From: an uncultured delta proteobacterium
GTDB lineage: Bacteria; Myxococcota_A; Polyangia; Polyangiales; Polyangiaceae
DNA length: 64,000 nucleotides
NCBI GenBank assembly: GCA_963841435.1
Contig: CAWJCS010000004.1
Coordinates: 64,001-128,000 of the forward strand
Direction of reading: 5' to 3'
Shown: piece after piece, positions 28,613 through 41,763 of the stretch
How the letters are laid out: every line of letters begins with the position of its first letter
Position numbering within the stretch: position 1 is the stretch's first letter
The notes under the pieces: generated by a model
The model's input: only the letters and a program-made list of their open reading frames with translations
Database searches by the model: none
What the model was told of the DNA's origin: nothing
Made by a program: the position numbers and the translations under genes

Positions 28613-29938
28613 GTGCCATACTCCGCCGAGTTTCGCTGCTTCAACGGCTGCGAGGGCTCCTACCCCGTCACGCAGCCCATCTACCGCTGCCCCAAGTGCG
28701 ATGGCCTGCTGCAGGTCGTGCACGACGTGGAGGCGCTGCGCGACCGGGCCGGCCCCGTGTGGATGCGGCTGTTCGACGAGCGCTACCGCCAGAACGCGTG
28801 GCCCTACGGGTCGGGCGTCTGGGGCAAGCGCGAATGGGTGATGCCCCAGATCCCCGACGAGACCATCGTCAGCATGTACGAGGGCGCGACGAACCTGTTC
28901 TGGGCCGATCGCTACGGAAAGACCCTCGGGCTCGAGGAGCTCTGGGTCAAGCTCTGCGGCAACAGCCACAGCGGCTCTTTCAAGGATCTCGGCATGACCG
29001 TGCTGGTGAGCGTCGTGCGCCAGGCGATCCAGCAAGGCCTGAAAGTGAAAGCGATCGCCTGCGCCTCCACGGGCGACACCAGCGCGTCGCTCGCCGCCTA
29101 CGGCGCTGCCGCCGGCCTACCCGTCGTCGTGCTCCTGCCGCACGGCAAGATCTCCACGGCGCAGCTCGTGCAGCCGCTCGCGCACGGTGCGCTCGTGCTC
29201 GGGCTCGATACGGACTTCGACGGCTGCATGGCGATCGTCCAGCGGCTGGCCGCCGAGGGCATGGTCTATCTCGCGAACTCGATGAATCCGCTACGGCTCG
29301 AGGGCCAAAAGACCGTCGCCGTGGAGATCGTGCAGCAGTTCGACTGGCAGGTGCCCGACTGGGTGATCCTGCCGAGCGGCAATCTCGGCAACGCGTCCGC
29401 CCTGTACGCGGGATTCAAGCTCATGAAGGACCTCGGCGTGATCACGCGCTTCCCGCGCCTCGCCGTGGCGCAGGCGGAAAACGCCAACCCACTTTATCGC
29501 GCCTGGAGCGCGGGCAAGCGCACCGTTGACCCCATCCAGGCGAAGAGCACGCTCGCCACGGCCATCCAGATCGGCAATCCCGTGAGCGCTCCGCGCGCCA
29601 TCCAGGCGCTCGAAGCCATGAACGGCATCGTCGAGCAAGCGAGCGAGGAGGAGCTCTGCGAGGCGGCGGCGCGGGCCGACCGCACCGGCATGTACACCTG
29701 TCCGCACACCGCGGTCGGGCTCGCGGTGCTCGAGAAGCTGGTGTCGCGCGGAACGATCCAGCGCGGCGAGCGCGTCGTGTGCGTTTCCACCGCCGCCGGT
29801 CTCAAGTTCACCGAGTTCAAGGTGCGCTACCACGAGCGTGCCATCGAGGGCGTCTCGGCGAGCCTCGCGAACCCGCCCGTCAAGCTCCAGCCGAACTACG
29901 GCAACGTTGTCGACGCCATCAACCACCGCTTTTCCTGA
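28613..29938 (+). CDS. thrC: Threonine synthase
   Basis: [51 protein letters not shown]. Confidence 0.95.
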   Translation: MPYSAEFRCFNGCEGSYPVTQPIYRCPKCDGLLQVVHDVEALRDRAGPVWMRLFDERYRQNAWPYGSGVWGKREWVMPQIPDETIVSMYEGATNLFWADRYGKTLGLEELWVKLCGNSHSGSFKDLGMTVLVSVVRQAIQQGLKVKAIACASTGDTSASLAAYGAAAGLPVVVLLPHGKISTAQLVQPLAHGALVLGLDTDFDGCMAIVQRLAAEGMVYLANSMNPLRLEGQKTVAVEIVQQFDWQVPDWVILPSGNLGNASALYAGFKLMKDLGVITRFPRLAVAQAENANPLYRAWSAGKRTVDPIQAKSTLATAIQIGNPVSAPRAIQALEAMNGIVEQASEEELCEAAARADRTGMYTCPHTAVGLAVLEKLVSRGTIQRGERVVCVSTAAGLKFTEFKVRYHERAIEGVSASLANPPVKLQPNYGNVVDAINHRFS

Positions 29939-29986
29939 GCTCTAGCGGCGCCGGGCGCACCTTTTGCGCTCGCCACGCTGCCGCCG

Positions 29987-32372
29987 TCAGGGCGCGCTCT
30001 CGAACGTCGCGCCCAAACACGCCGTGTAGAGCACGGCGCCGTTCGCGGGAACGCCCTCGCCCATGTAGCGCAGCATGCGTCGCTCGGAGGGCTGACAGCC
30101 GCTGACGAGCGATGCCGAGCCGATGCCCAGCTCGGGATCGACGTAGCAGTAGCCGTACAGGTTCGGGTCCTCCGAGCCGGACTGGCAGGCTCGTTGCGCG
30201 CTGCCCGTGAGTGCCGCGAGCTTGCAGAAGCAGAAATCGTGACAATCGATGCCGGTCGAGCCGCCGCATTGATCCGTGGCCGCCAGCTGCGCGAGCACGG
30301 CGCTCGGCAGCTTCGCGTCGCCAGCGCCCAGGGTCTCGCGTCCGTGGCTCGCATCGCAGCTGCAGGCAGCGCCGTTCTTGCGCGTGGCCTCCACGACGGC
30401 GCAGGGCACCTGACCGAAATCGGCAGCGTTTGCGTCGCGCTCGACGGGCAGCTGGCGTGGGAGGCACTGGCCGCCGAAGCGCTCGGTGAAGACCTCGAGA
30501 ATGGCCTGGACCGCGGGGTTGTAACCGTAGGAGGGGTCCGCCGCGGGCGCGAGGCCGGCGGCCGGGGCCGTGTGCTTGGGACAAATGCTCGCGACGATGG
30601 CGTTTTCCCCGATGCCGCGCAGGACCTCGAGCTCGCGGACCGCCGGGTACGCCTTGGCCGCGACCTGTATGCCGTCGCCGCCCGAGGCTCCCGCGTAATC
30701 GCAGAGCGGACGATTGTTGGACTGCTCGTCGGCGTTGCAATCGCAGCTCGCCTCGTTCTGAGCGGTGCAGCGTCGTGGCTCGGGCAGATCGAACGTGCAG
30801 GCGTACTGCAGGTCGTCGCCGTGTGCGATGTTCTGTTCGTGGCCGTTGATGGGATTGGCATGGCGATCCGTTCGACGTGGCTGGCGCGAGCGGCACGTGA
30901 AGCAGCGGGTGGTCACCGCTTCTCGGTGCGAACGACTCGCGCATCAGCGGGTCGCTCGGTTGTCCGCCGTCCTTTGCGCCGAGCACGACGTCCCAGCGGC
31001 CGTTCATCTCGAGCTCGCCGGCGGTCATGAACTCGAGCCCGGCGCCGTCCCAGCTCGCCGGGGTGGAGATGTCCTGCCAGGGAACGCCGACGATCCCGGC
31101 AAGCAGGACGTGGCTCGCGTCGCGCGGCGGCGTGCCCGGCGGCGCGGCGAACAGGGGGTTCGGGACGAGCTCGCCCCTGCGGTTCGGGACCTCTTTCTTC
31201 GTCAGCCCGTCGACGTAGCGCTGCACCGGGTAGAGCAAATCGAGCCCGAAGCGCCGGCGCTGGTCGAAGCAGCGCGCGTTCGGCTGATCCTCGTCGATGC
31301 CGAGCTTCGCGTAGTCGTCGGTGGGCTCCTTCTTCGAGCACTCCGCGTCGGCCTCGTTCGGCACGCAACCCGCGGGCGCGGGCGCGGCGCAGCTGTGGCA
31401 GCAGCGGTCATCGGGGTTCTGGCAGGCCGACGACGCACGGGGTAGCCGGGTTGCTAGCGTCGTGGCGAGCCACCCCTGCGAACCGTCCTCGTCGGTGATG
31501 GAGCAGTCGTTTTCGTCCGTGAGCATCACGATCGCGACCAGCGAGTCCGGCCGCAAGAAGGCGTGTCGCTGCGCGAGGATGGTTTCGTTCACGGGACCCT
31601 TGGTCGTCACGATGGCGTGCGCGTTCGTAGCGAGGGCGGACGACACGGAGAGTGGCGGCTCGGGGTCCACGAGGAAGCGGTACCAGGCTTCGAGCTGGCC
31701 CTCGAAGCCGCAGCCGAGCTCGCCCGTCGCGATCACCTGATCGGAAAAGTCGCCGATCAGCGTGCCGAGGTTCGCCTCGCCGGGAGGCGAGTTCTTGTCC
31801 TCTCCCGGGTCCCAGGCGAGAAATCCACTGCCGTTCCAGGAGGGCAGGGGGCCGCGCACCGCGGGATTCGCCGTCGGCAGGAGCTCGGCGCGGTCGTCGG
31901 CCGTGCGCGAGGCCGTGCCGCTGTCCTTCTGTGCGTCGCACTCCACGCCGCCGTGCGCGCCGAGGCTCGACGTGATGACGCCGACGTGGATGTCCTTGAC
32001 GGCTCTGAGCTCCGGCCGTCCATGCGCGCAACTCCCCTGTGTGTCGGTGACCTCGCCGTTCGGCTCGCCCTGGTCGTCAACGCAGTTCGGCGTGACGAGC
32101 CGTTCGAGCAGCACGGGAACCGCCTGCGACAGGATTTGCTGCTTGTCGACCATCGACATCGAGTTATCGACCATGAACAAAAGGTCGAGCTTTTCGACGC
32201 TGCGGTGCGGCACACTCCGCACGAGCAGATTCGTCGTCAACGGGCGGGTCAGCCCGACGGGGCGATCGAGACACGCCGCGACAAGCGGCGCGAAGGCGAC
32301 GAGCGCGGCGACTCCGAACGGTGTGCGACGACGGTGGCGAGCGTGGAACGCGGGCGAATGAGCGAGCGACAT
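29987..32372 (-). CDS. Cys-rich VWA-like lipoprotein (apparent frameshift near 30860-30875)
   Basis: Lipobox VAAC; DLLFMVDNSMSM (MIDAS), GCGFEGQLE, LTDENDCS; continues in ORF 29987..30916. Confidence 0.8.
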
Positions 32373-32538
32373 GAGACGCCCTGCTCGCAAGGCCCGTGCC
32401 CTCTGCAATAACCGCACAAAGTCCGCTGACCCACGCGCCGGCGGTCGCCAACGGAGTTTCGCAGCGGGCCTGAACGGCCAACCCGGGTGGCGTCCGGCAG
32501 AGCGAGGCGCCGCCGCCTCGCGGCTCTGTCGAGCCCGC

Positions 32539-33579
32539 TCAGAACGTCAGCCGGGCGTTGGCGCCGCCGCTCTTCGGGCCGACGTAGGGCACGAAGTCCA
32601 GCCGCGCGCGTTCGAGGTGCCGCTGGTGCTGCGCCGCAGCCGGCGGGGGCTCGTCGTCGCTCGTGAGGAGCACGATGCCGGTCACCCCGAGCGTGATGGC
32701 GACGCCGAACGCCATGTCGGCGATGAGCGCGCTACGCTCGGTGTCGTCGGCGGACTTCGTCGTCGGGGTCTTCTTGAAGTCGCTCTTGGAGCTCAGCGCC
32801 TGGACGCCGAAGATCGTACCGACAACGGTGGCCGCGCCGGCGATGCCGAGCGTCACGTACGCAGGCACCATGCTCTTTTCCTCGCGCGGCGGAGGCGGCG
32901 GCGGGGGAGGCGGCGGCGGGGGAGGCGCCGCGGCCACGACGGGCGGGGGCGCCTCGCGCACTAGCGAGATGGTCTGCTTGAGGCTGTCGCCTCCCTTGAC
33001 GTTGAGATCGACGTCCTTGGGCTGGTAGCCCTGAGCGGAGACGGTGATGCGGTGCTGGCCCGCGGTGAGCTTGAGGGTCATGGGCGGCTCACCGGGCACT
33101 GGGGTGCCGTCCACGGCGACCATCGCGACCATCGGGTTCGTGTCGAGGGTGACCTCCGCGATGAGCGTGGCCTTCAGAGCGTCGAGGCGCGTCTTGGCGT
33201 CCGCCAGCTTCGCATCCCCGGCTTTGGCGGCCTCAGGATTGGCCAGGAAGTCTTGATAGGCCTTGATGGCCTCGTCGACCTTGCGATCGGAGTCCAGCGA
33301 CTTGGCGATCCAGTAGTCGGCCTGCGGCGAAGGGATCGCATCGTTCGCCTGGTGGAAGGCGTCGATGGCCGCGGCGTAGTCCCCCGCGTTGAAAGCTTTC
33401 TCGCCCTTGGCGTAGGCCTTGCGAGCGGCGTCCTTCTGCTTCTTGGTCGGCGGTTTGGCGGCTTCCGCCTTGGCGGGAGCCTCGTCGCCCGCGTGTGCGA
33501 GCGGAATTGCCGAAAAAGTCAGACCGAGCCCGGCGAAGAGGCCCACGAGGACGTGTGCCGAGAGAGCCTTGTGCTGCAT
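32539..33579 (-). CDS. TPR + PEGA domain protein
   Basis: Signal peptide; TPR AYAKGEKAFNAGDY; PEGA VAVDG..AGQHRITVSAQGY; Pro linker and hydrophobic C-terminus. Confidence 0.88.
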   Translation of the reverse strand: MQHKALSAHVLVGLFAGLGLTFSAIPLAHAGDEAPAKAEAAKPPTKKQKDAARKAYAKGEKAFNAGDYAAAIDAFHQANDAIPSPQADYWIAKSLDSDRKVDEAIKAYQDFLANPEAAKAGDAKLADAKTRLDALKATLIAEVTLDTNPMVAMVAVDGTPVPGEPPMTLKLTAGQHRITVSAQGYQPKDVDLNVKGGDSLKQTISLVREAPPPVVAAAPPPPPPPPPPPPPREEKSMVPAYVTLGIAGAATVVGTIFGVQALSSKSDFKKTPTTKSADDTERSALIADMAFGVAITLGVTGIVLLTSDDEPPPAAAQHQRHLERARLDFVPYVGPKSGGANARLTF

Positions 33580-33705
33580 GAGATGCCTCCGCCGCCCGAA
33601 ACCCCGAGCGGTACCCGAGAGGCTAGTCTGCACGGGACCGAGCGTACAAGCCCCGGGTTCGCCTATAGTGTTTCCAGGGCCGCCCCGGCCGAGCGCCCAG
33701 TATCC

Positions 33706-36700
33706 ATGCCGCCGCCCTCGCCACCTTCGGACAGCGAAGCCACCTCCGGCGACGAACGGGAGGGGAAGCCAGGAGCGCCCCGCCCCTCCGGGCATGCGCC
33801 TGCCGGTACGGTCCACCGCACGTTGCCGCCGCCCGAATGGCTGGGGCGTGACAGTCCGAGGTCGGCGGCGTCGCTCGCGCTCGAGCGCTATCAGCTCGGG
33901 GCGGCAGTCGCCCGTCGCAGCGGCCCTCGCGCCGAGCTGACGAGCCTGTTCGCGCGCATCGAGGGCCCACCGACCGACGAGCAGACGGAACGAGCTGCGG
34001 CGGTCGCGCTTTCGCGCGCTCTTGCGACGCGCGGCACGCAGCTCGATGTCGCGACGCGTCTCGCGCGCCGCGCGCTCTTGCTCGGTGACGATCCCGTGTT
34101 GCGCGAGGAGCTCGCGGGGTGGTTCGTGTCGCTCGGCGAGCCGGCGCTCGCGGCGGCGACGCTCAGGCCGCTCGTGGCGCCGACGGGTGGCCCCGAGGCC
34201 CAAGCCCTGCTCGTTCGCATCGGCGTGCTGCTCGCGCGAGCGGGGGAGGCCAGGGCCGCGAGCGATGCTTTGGCGGACGCCGTCGACGCCGATGCACAGG
34301 ATCCCGTGGCGGCGGAGCTGCGCGCGTCGATCGCAACCTGGGCGCCCGCGGCGGTGGCACCCGAAGAGGCGGCAGCCGCCTACCTCCTCGCGGCCAAGCG
34401 CCGCGAGGCGAAGGGGGACCGCTCGGGCGCCTTCGAGGCGTTGATGCGGGCGTTCGAGATTGCGCCCGCGCACGCCGACGCGGCCGAGACGCTCGCGAGC
34501 GCGCTGCTCGCACGCGGTCGTGCGGGCGCGGCCGACGAGGTTCGTCGCGAGCACGCGGACGCGCTCGACGAGGGGCGGCGCGGCGCGCACGTGCAGCGCC
34601 TCCGGCGCGCGGTCAAGGACGGCGACCTCGCGCGGGCGCTCGGCGCGGCATTCGACGCGCATCTCGACGCCGAGATCGACCTGCGCAGCGTGCTCGCGGC
34701 GATGGACCCCGAAGACGGCGCCGAGGGCGCGACGCTCGGCATCGACGGCCTGCTCGAGCGAGCGGGCATGCACGAGTTGCTCGCGGCGCGTGTCGAGGTT
34801 GCGTCGGATTTTCTCGCGGGGCGCGAGCTCGCGCGAGCGCGCGTGGCGCTCGGTTCGAACTCTACACGGGCCCGCTCGGTCGCCCCGACCGCGCCGTCGA
34901 GGCGTGGATCGAGGCGCTCGTCGCCGATCCCGGCTGCGACCTCGCGCACGACGCGCTGCGACGGCACGCGGTCGCGACGCGCGATCATGCGCCGCTCGTC
35001 GAGGCGCTCGTGCGCGTGGCGAGCCACCCGACGCCCGGCGCCCAGTCCGAGCGCGTGGCTTGCTTGCGCGAGCTCTTGACGCTCACCGAGGAGCGCATTC
35101 AGGACCCGGGTCTCGCGCTGTGGGCGACCGAACAGCTTCGGGGGGTGCTCGACGCGAGCTCCGAGCTCACGTCGGCCGCGGACCGGCTCGAACCGCGCGC
35201 CAAGCTGCAGGACGACGCGCTGTCGCTCGCCCGTGAGGAGCTTTCGCAGCTCAAGGGCGCCGAACGCGCGGGCCCGCTCGGCCGCATCGCCGCGATCTTG
35301 CGGGGGCGCCCCAACGCCGCGGACGCCTACCTCGAGACCCTGCTGGAGCTCATCGAGATCGCGCCGGACGACCGCAACCACGCGCAGGCGGCGGAGCGTG
35401 TCCTTGCACGGCTCGGACGGCATGCCGAGCTCGAGGGGTTGCTCGAGGGGTTCCTCGCTCGCGCGAGCTCGGCCGTCGAGCGCGGACGGCACCGGCTCGC
35501 GTTGGCGACGCTCAAGCGTCGCCGCGGCGACACCGACGGCGCGCTCGAGGAGCTGATGCCGCTGCTCGTCGAGCCGGGCGCGCATGGCGCTGCCTGGAAC
35601 TTGGCGCTGCTCCTCGCCGCGCAACGCGAAAAGCTCGCGCCCCACGCCCAGGCCCTCTTGCGCATCGCCGGGCAGCTCTCGCCGTCGCTCCGGGCGGTGC
35701 TGACGGCCGTGGCCGCGGAGGAGCTCCTCGAGGCCGGTGACATCGATGCCGCGAGGGCCGCCGCGGAGCAGGCTTGTCACGCCGATCCGTCGCTCGCGCG
35801 TCCCGCGGCCGCGCGGGCGCGCGTCGGCGTCGTGCTCGGCGGGCGGCTGGGCGCCGAATCGATCGAGCGCGCGATGAGCATTGTCGTGCCCCGTGCGTCG
35901 CTCTGTTCGGCGCTGGCGCGGTTCTACGACGACCTCGGCGAGTCCCCGCTCGCGGCCGCGTGGGCGCAGCGGCAGAGCGCGCTCCGTCCCGGAGATCTCG
36001 CCGCCGCCGAGTGGCGCCTCTCGCGCGCCACCGCCGGCGACGACGGTGCTCGACTCGCCGACACGCTCGCCTGGGTGCTCTCGCAACCTCAAGCGCTCGG
36101 ACCCGCCGCCAGCACCATCGCAAAAGGCCTCGCGCGGCTCTCCGTGCTGTCGCCCGGGCGAGCGGCCGCGCTCTCGCGCCGAGCGCTCGACGTGCTCGGT
36201 CCGCGCGACGCCGAGCTCCGAGGCGCGGCGCTCGGTGTCGCCGACACCGTGGGGGAAGGTGGGCTCGGCATTGCGGTCATCGAGCGCTGGCTCGGCAGCG
36301 GTTCACTCGGTGCGGAGCGCGGCGCCGTGCTGCTCGACCTCGCGCGCCGCCGAAAGTACGCTGGGGACGCCGACGGGGCGGCGCGGGCCCTGTACCGCGC
36401 GCTCGGCGAGGGCGCGTCCGCGCGGGAAGTGATGGAGGAGCTCGACGCGGCGCTGCCGACGCGCGGCTCGGACGGCGAGATTGCGCTTTTGCGAGCGCGC
36501 GCCGAGGCGCTGAGCGCGCTGCCCGAGGCCGATCAGCAGGGTACGGCGCGTGCGTGGCGCGAGCTCGGTGCCGCGCTCTTCGACCTCGCCTCCGACCCCG
36601 CGGGCGCGCAGCGCGCCTGGGAACGCGCGATGGCGCTCGACGCGGAGCATGGCGTCGAGAACTTCGCGAGCGATCTGATTGCGTGCGCGGGCGAGGCGGT

Positions 36701-39700
36701 CGCGCTCGAGCGCCTCATCGAGCACGGTAAGCGGCGTGGCGAGACCAGCGAGGCGGCCCGGTTCTTCGCGATCGCGGCAGGGATCGCCTTCGGGGCCGGC
36801 CGCTCGCGCGAGGCGTTCGAATGCGCGAAGCTCACGCTCGAGGCCGATCCCACGCGCGGCGACGCCATCGCGATCGCCGAGCGCGCCGCGAGCGAATCCG
36901 ATCTCGACGCGCTCGACGCACTCTACGATCGCATGGCGGGTGCCGCGCTCGGACGCTTCGGAGAGCGCGCCGTGCGTTACCGCGCGGCACGTCAGCTCGA
37001 GCGACGTGGCGCGCTTGCGCGCGCGCTCCACCAGGCGACCCTGGCATTCGAGTCCGTGCCGTCCGAGGGCGTCGTTTTCGTCACGCTCGCGCGCCTGGCC
37101 GACCGCGCCGAGCGGCGCGACGAGATGGTGCGTGCCATCGGGCGCGTCGCCGAGCGCAGCAACGCGGCCGAGCGCTCCGCCTGGCTGCGCCGAGCGGCGC
37201 TGCTTGCCGGCGACAGCGAGGAAGGTGAGCGCCAGCGCATCGACGTTTTGCTCAGGGCGCTCTCGGTGCGCGCCGAGGCCGACCTCATCGCTTCGCTCGG
37301 CACGGCGATCGGCAACTTGGTGCGCGTCGCGCCCGACGAGCGGGACGCAGCGGAGGTGCGCTTTCGCCGCGCCGTGCTGTCGGCGCTTTCGCGGGGCGAC
37401 GGTCCCGAAGGCGCGCGCATCGCCATCGAGGCGGCACGCACGGCCCTGAAGACGTTCGGTGCCGCAGGGCTCGCGGCGCAGGCGATCGAGCGCGCGTCCC
37501 TTTGCGACGGCGACCTCGACGAATTCGGCGCGCTCCTTCCCGACGCTGGGACGCTCGCCGCCGCACCGGAGTCGGAGGCGCTCGTCGCCGCGCTCGTCGA
37601 GCGCTCGAGCGAGAAGTTCGCCGGGGCCGGCGCCGTGCTGCTCGAGCTCGGCGCGGCGATTGCCACGGCGCGCGGCGACGCTGCGCGCGCGGCGGTGCTC
37701 TTGGTCGCGGCCGCGGAGCGCGATCCCGAGCGGCTCGAGCTCGTCCGCCGCGCGGAGCACGCAGCCAAGAAGACGGGGGATCGCGCGCTCGTCGAGCGGG
37801 TGCTCGACGCGATGCCGGACCGCGGCCGCTTCGCGCTGCTCATGGATCTCGCGGCGATGGCCGAGAAGTCGGGCGACGACGGGCGCGCGCTCGACGCGAT
37901 CGAGCGCGCGCGAGTGCTCGTCGATGTGCTGCCCGAGCAGCGCGCCGCGCTCTTCGACCGCTCGGTCCAGCTGCTTTCGAAGCTCGGGCGCCGCGACGAG
38001 CTCGAGGCCCTGCTCGCTAACGAGATCGAGCGTCCGGATTCTGACGCCCGCCCTCGTGCCGCGCGTGGCGCGCGAGCTCGCGTCGCTCATCGGAGCGCGG
38101 GGACGGCCGCTCGCGGCGCTCGAGGTGCTCGAGGCCGCGCTCGAGAAGCACCCCGACCATCCCGAGATGTTGAGCGACACCGCGACGCTGGCGAGCCAGG
38201 CGGGCGCGCGCGAGCGGCAAGCCTGGGCGCTCGGGCGTCTCGTCGATCTGGGCGTCGAGCCCGAAGAACGCGCCTCGCAGCTCCGCGAGCTCGCAGCCTT
38301 GCTCGACTCGCTGTCGGACGACGTGGGGGCCCTCTCGCGCTGGTCCGAGCTCTACGCCCTCGAACCGAACGACCAGGAAGCGCTCGCTGCGCTCGAGCGC
38401 GACGCCGAGCGGCGCGGTGACTTCGAAGCGCTCGCTCGCCTGCTCGATCGCCGAGCGACGCTCGTGGGCCGCGTCGAGGACGTGCGGCGCCTGCGCCTGC
38501 GGCGCGCCGCCGTGCTCGAGCAGCGGCTCGGGCGGTCGGACGAGGCTCGCGCGGACCTCGAGGCGCTCGTCGCCGCCACCGGAGACCACCTGAGCGAGCT
38601 GCGCGTGCTCGCCGATCTCGACGAGCGGCTCGGCGATCCGCTGCGCGCGGCGCCGCTCTGGCTGCGCGCGTCGGGCCTCGCCGCCGATCGCGACGAGGCG
38701 GCCGAGCTGTCACGCCGCTCCTGCCAGGCGTACCTCGCGGGCGGCGACATCGAGAGCGCACACCGTGTGCTCGAGGGCATGGGCACCTGGGTCGAGCGCG
38801 AGAAGCTGCTCGAGCTCGGCGTCGAGATCGAACGCCGCCGCGAGAACCCGGCCGGCCTTTCGGAGGCGCTCGACGAGCTCGTGACGCTCTCGCGCGAGCC
38901 GGAGGAACGTCGCGCGGCGTTGCTCGTGGAGGCTGCGCGCGCGTCGCTCGCGGCAAGCCAGCCCGGGCGCGCACTCGAGCTCGCGGGGCGCGCGGCGCGC
39001 CTCGCTCCGACGCTCGCCGACGCCCAGCTTCTCGCGCGCCACCTCGAGTACACGGAGCGCGGCCCCGACGCAGGCGGCGATCCTCGCGACGTGCTCGCGG
39101 CGTTGCGCGGCGTCCGTGGCACGCTCACGGCCGAGCAGGAGGAGCTCCGCAGCTTTCTCATCGCCGAAGCGCTGGAGCGCGCCGGAGACGGCGACGCCGC
39201 GCTGTCGTTTCTCGAAGGAGAGCGCGCGCGGCTCGGTCCGCGGCCACTGCTCGCGCTCGGTATCGCCGAGCGACGCGCCGCACGCGGCGAATCGTCCGCC
39301 GCTGTGGAAGCGTTCGAGCACGCTCTCGGCGGGGACCTCATGGGCCTGCGCCGACCCGGCGAGGTGGCGCTCGGCGCCGGCGAGGTGGCGCGCCGTGCGG
39401 GCGACTTCGATCGCGCGGAGCGCTATCTCGAAAGTGCGGCGCTCGACCCCGCGCTCGCGCCCGCGGCCGAGAGCGCGCTCGAGGTGTTGCGTGCCGACCG
39501 CGCCGCGGAGCGGGAGCTCGCACAGAGCGGAGCGCCGCCCAAGAAGGCCGGCGGCTCCGAGCCGCCTCCCATTCCTCTGGTGAGGACGGCGCCGTTCCGC
39601 TCCGAGCGCCCCTTCGCGGAGCCCGAGGTCGTGCGCGCCCATGTCGTCATCGACGAGGATGACGAGCCCCCAACGACGCTCAGCGAAGCACCGCCGGCCG

Positions 39701-41049
39701 CCCCGGATGCCGTCCGGGCTGCGCCCGCGATCGCTCCGGAGTCGCCGGGGCCCGCGTCGGCGGCGCCACCGACGAGCGCGCCGGCCCGCCTCGTTCCGGA
39801 GCTGTCCGTGCCGCCCATCGTTTGGGAGATGAGGCACCCGCCGAGCATCTCGGACGCGACCTCCGACGCGAGCGGCCTCGTCACACAGAAGCCGCCGAGC
39901 CCCCGTGCCGCGTCACTGAGCGGGACGTTCGTCGGCAACACCGAGACGGAGGTGAAGCTGCACATTGCGCTCTCCGAGGGCTCGCGCGAAGCGGGGCTCG
40001 AGCTCTGCCGGGTGCTCGAAGGGCAGACCGATCGCGTCCACGACCTGGTCTGGGTGTGCCGGCGGCTGGCGCTCGTCACGCCGGGCGATCCACTGGTCCT
40101 CGCGCGCCTCGCGCGCGCGGCACGCGACGACCGCCACATCGCGTACGCCGTCGCCGTCGAGCACGTGCTCGATCTCGTCCGCCCCGCGCCCTCGCCGCCA
40201 CGTCCGCCGTCGCTCGACGGGCTCGACGTGCATCCGGATGCCGTGCGGGGCCTGCTGTTCCGCGAAACGACGAGCCGAACGCTCGACGCCCTGGCGCTCG
40301 TCTGGGACACGGCGGAGCACCTGTTCCGGCGCGATCCCGGCGCCTACGGCATCACGGGGCTCGAACGCATCGCGCCAATGGCGCCCACGCCGCTCGCCCA
40401 CGCCTACGCCGGCGCGGCACGCGCGCTCGGGTCGCTGCGCACGCCGCTCTTTCAGCGCCGCACCGCCGGCCCCGTCACCGTCGGCGTCGCGCTCCTCACG
40501 CCGCCGTCGGTCGTGCTCTCGGGCGACGTGCAGGCGGAGACGCCCGAGCTCCACTTCCACCTCGGCGCGATGCTTGCTGCTGCGTCCCCGCAGCTCGTGA
40601 TGCTGTTCGGGTTGCCCGAGTCGCAGGCCCGCTCGGTGCTCTCGGCGCTCGGGTTCGCTTTCGGACCGACGCGGCCCGACGCGAGCCGGCTCGGGCCGGC
40701 ACTTCGTCTCGCGGAAATGCTCTGGGAAGCCATCCCCGCTCGCCCCCAGCGGCGGTTGCGCGAGCTCTGCGACGATCCGGAGACGCTCGCCTTCGACCAG
40801 GCGATGCTGCAGGCGCGGCTCGCGGTGCGCCGCGCGGGCCTGTTCGTGGCGGGTGATTTCGCCGTGGCGGCGCACGAGGTCTGCGCGGAGGAGGGACGCT
40901 CGCCCGACGGGCTACGCTCCCCTCAGGGGTTGTTCGAGCTTTGTGGGGAAAGTCCCTCCATCCAGAGCCTCTATGCCCTCGCGCTGAGCCCCGAGTACGC
41001 AGAAATGCGCTGGCATGGCGCGCGCGGCTCGAACCGCCCGGGCTCCTGA
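33706..41049 (+). CDS. Giant (about 2450 aa) TPR-like helical-repeat protein (apparent frameshifts near 34855 and 38040)
   Basis: Three overlapping ORFs form one helical-repeat sequence; C-terminus RRAGLFVAGD...ALSPEY resembles myxobacterial AgmK-type TPR proteins. Confidence 0.75.
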
Positions 41050-41223
41050 CGCGCCGCGCCGGCCCGCCGCGTCAGCTTTACTCCCCCGCTGTTTGCGACC
41101 ATTATTTCCCCCCGCATGCGAGCTGCCTCCCGGGCCAAGACAGCGCTGTCACACCTGCGGGCGCCGCAGTGTCGTCCAGCGCCGCGACCCGCGTTGGCAC
41201 ACTCGTCGCATGGACGGCTCTTC

Positions 41224-41763
41224 ATGCTCGCGCTCACGGCCATCACCCCGCTTTTCTCGAGCGGCTGCCTGGTCGCCGACGCGCCCGACTACGGCCCGCA
41301 GCAGCGCACGCCGCCCGTCATCGATCCGCTGAGCGTCATCCCCAATCCTGGCCTCTTCTTCACACAGACCTATCTCAAAAAGCGGTCGTTTTCCCTCACC
41401 GTGCATTCGGAAGACGCCGGTGAGGACCTGTGGGCACCGCTCTACGTCGACTATTCGGACCCGAAACTCCTGAGCTGGCAGATCGACTATCCCCTCGCGG
41501 CCTCCTCCGCGGACAAGGCCAAGTCGCTGAGCTTCGACTGGGGGCCGAACCAGCTCATCGCTCCTGGCTGCCATTCGCTCACGCTGCTCGTCGTGCACGA
41601 CAGTGGCTACGACTTCATCACCCGCCTGCCCGTCCCGAAGAAATCCGACGGCGACATCGCCCAGGTCACGTGGTGGATGACCATCCCCAAGGACCCGGAC
41701 GACCCCCGGGTTCCGAAAGAATGTCCCTCCCAGGAGACCGCGTCGTCCGGCGAGACGCCATGA
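41224..41763 (+). CDS. Hypothetical lipoprotein
   Basis: MLALTAITPLFSSGC; ATGA overlap with next gene; start uncertain. Confidence 0.7.
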   Translation: MLALTAITPLFSSGCLVADAPDYGPQQRTPPVIDPLSVIPNPGLFFTQTYLKKRSFSLTVHSEDAGEDLWAPLYVDYSDPKLLSWQIDYPLAASSADKAKSLSFDWGPNQLIAPGCHSLTLLVVHDSGYDFITRLPVPKKSDGDIAQVTWWMTIPKDPDDPRVPKECPSQETASSGETP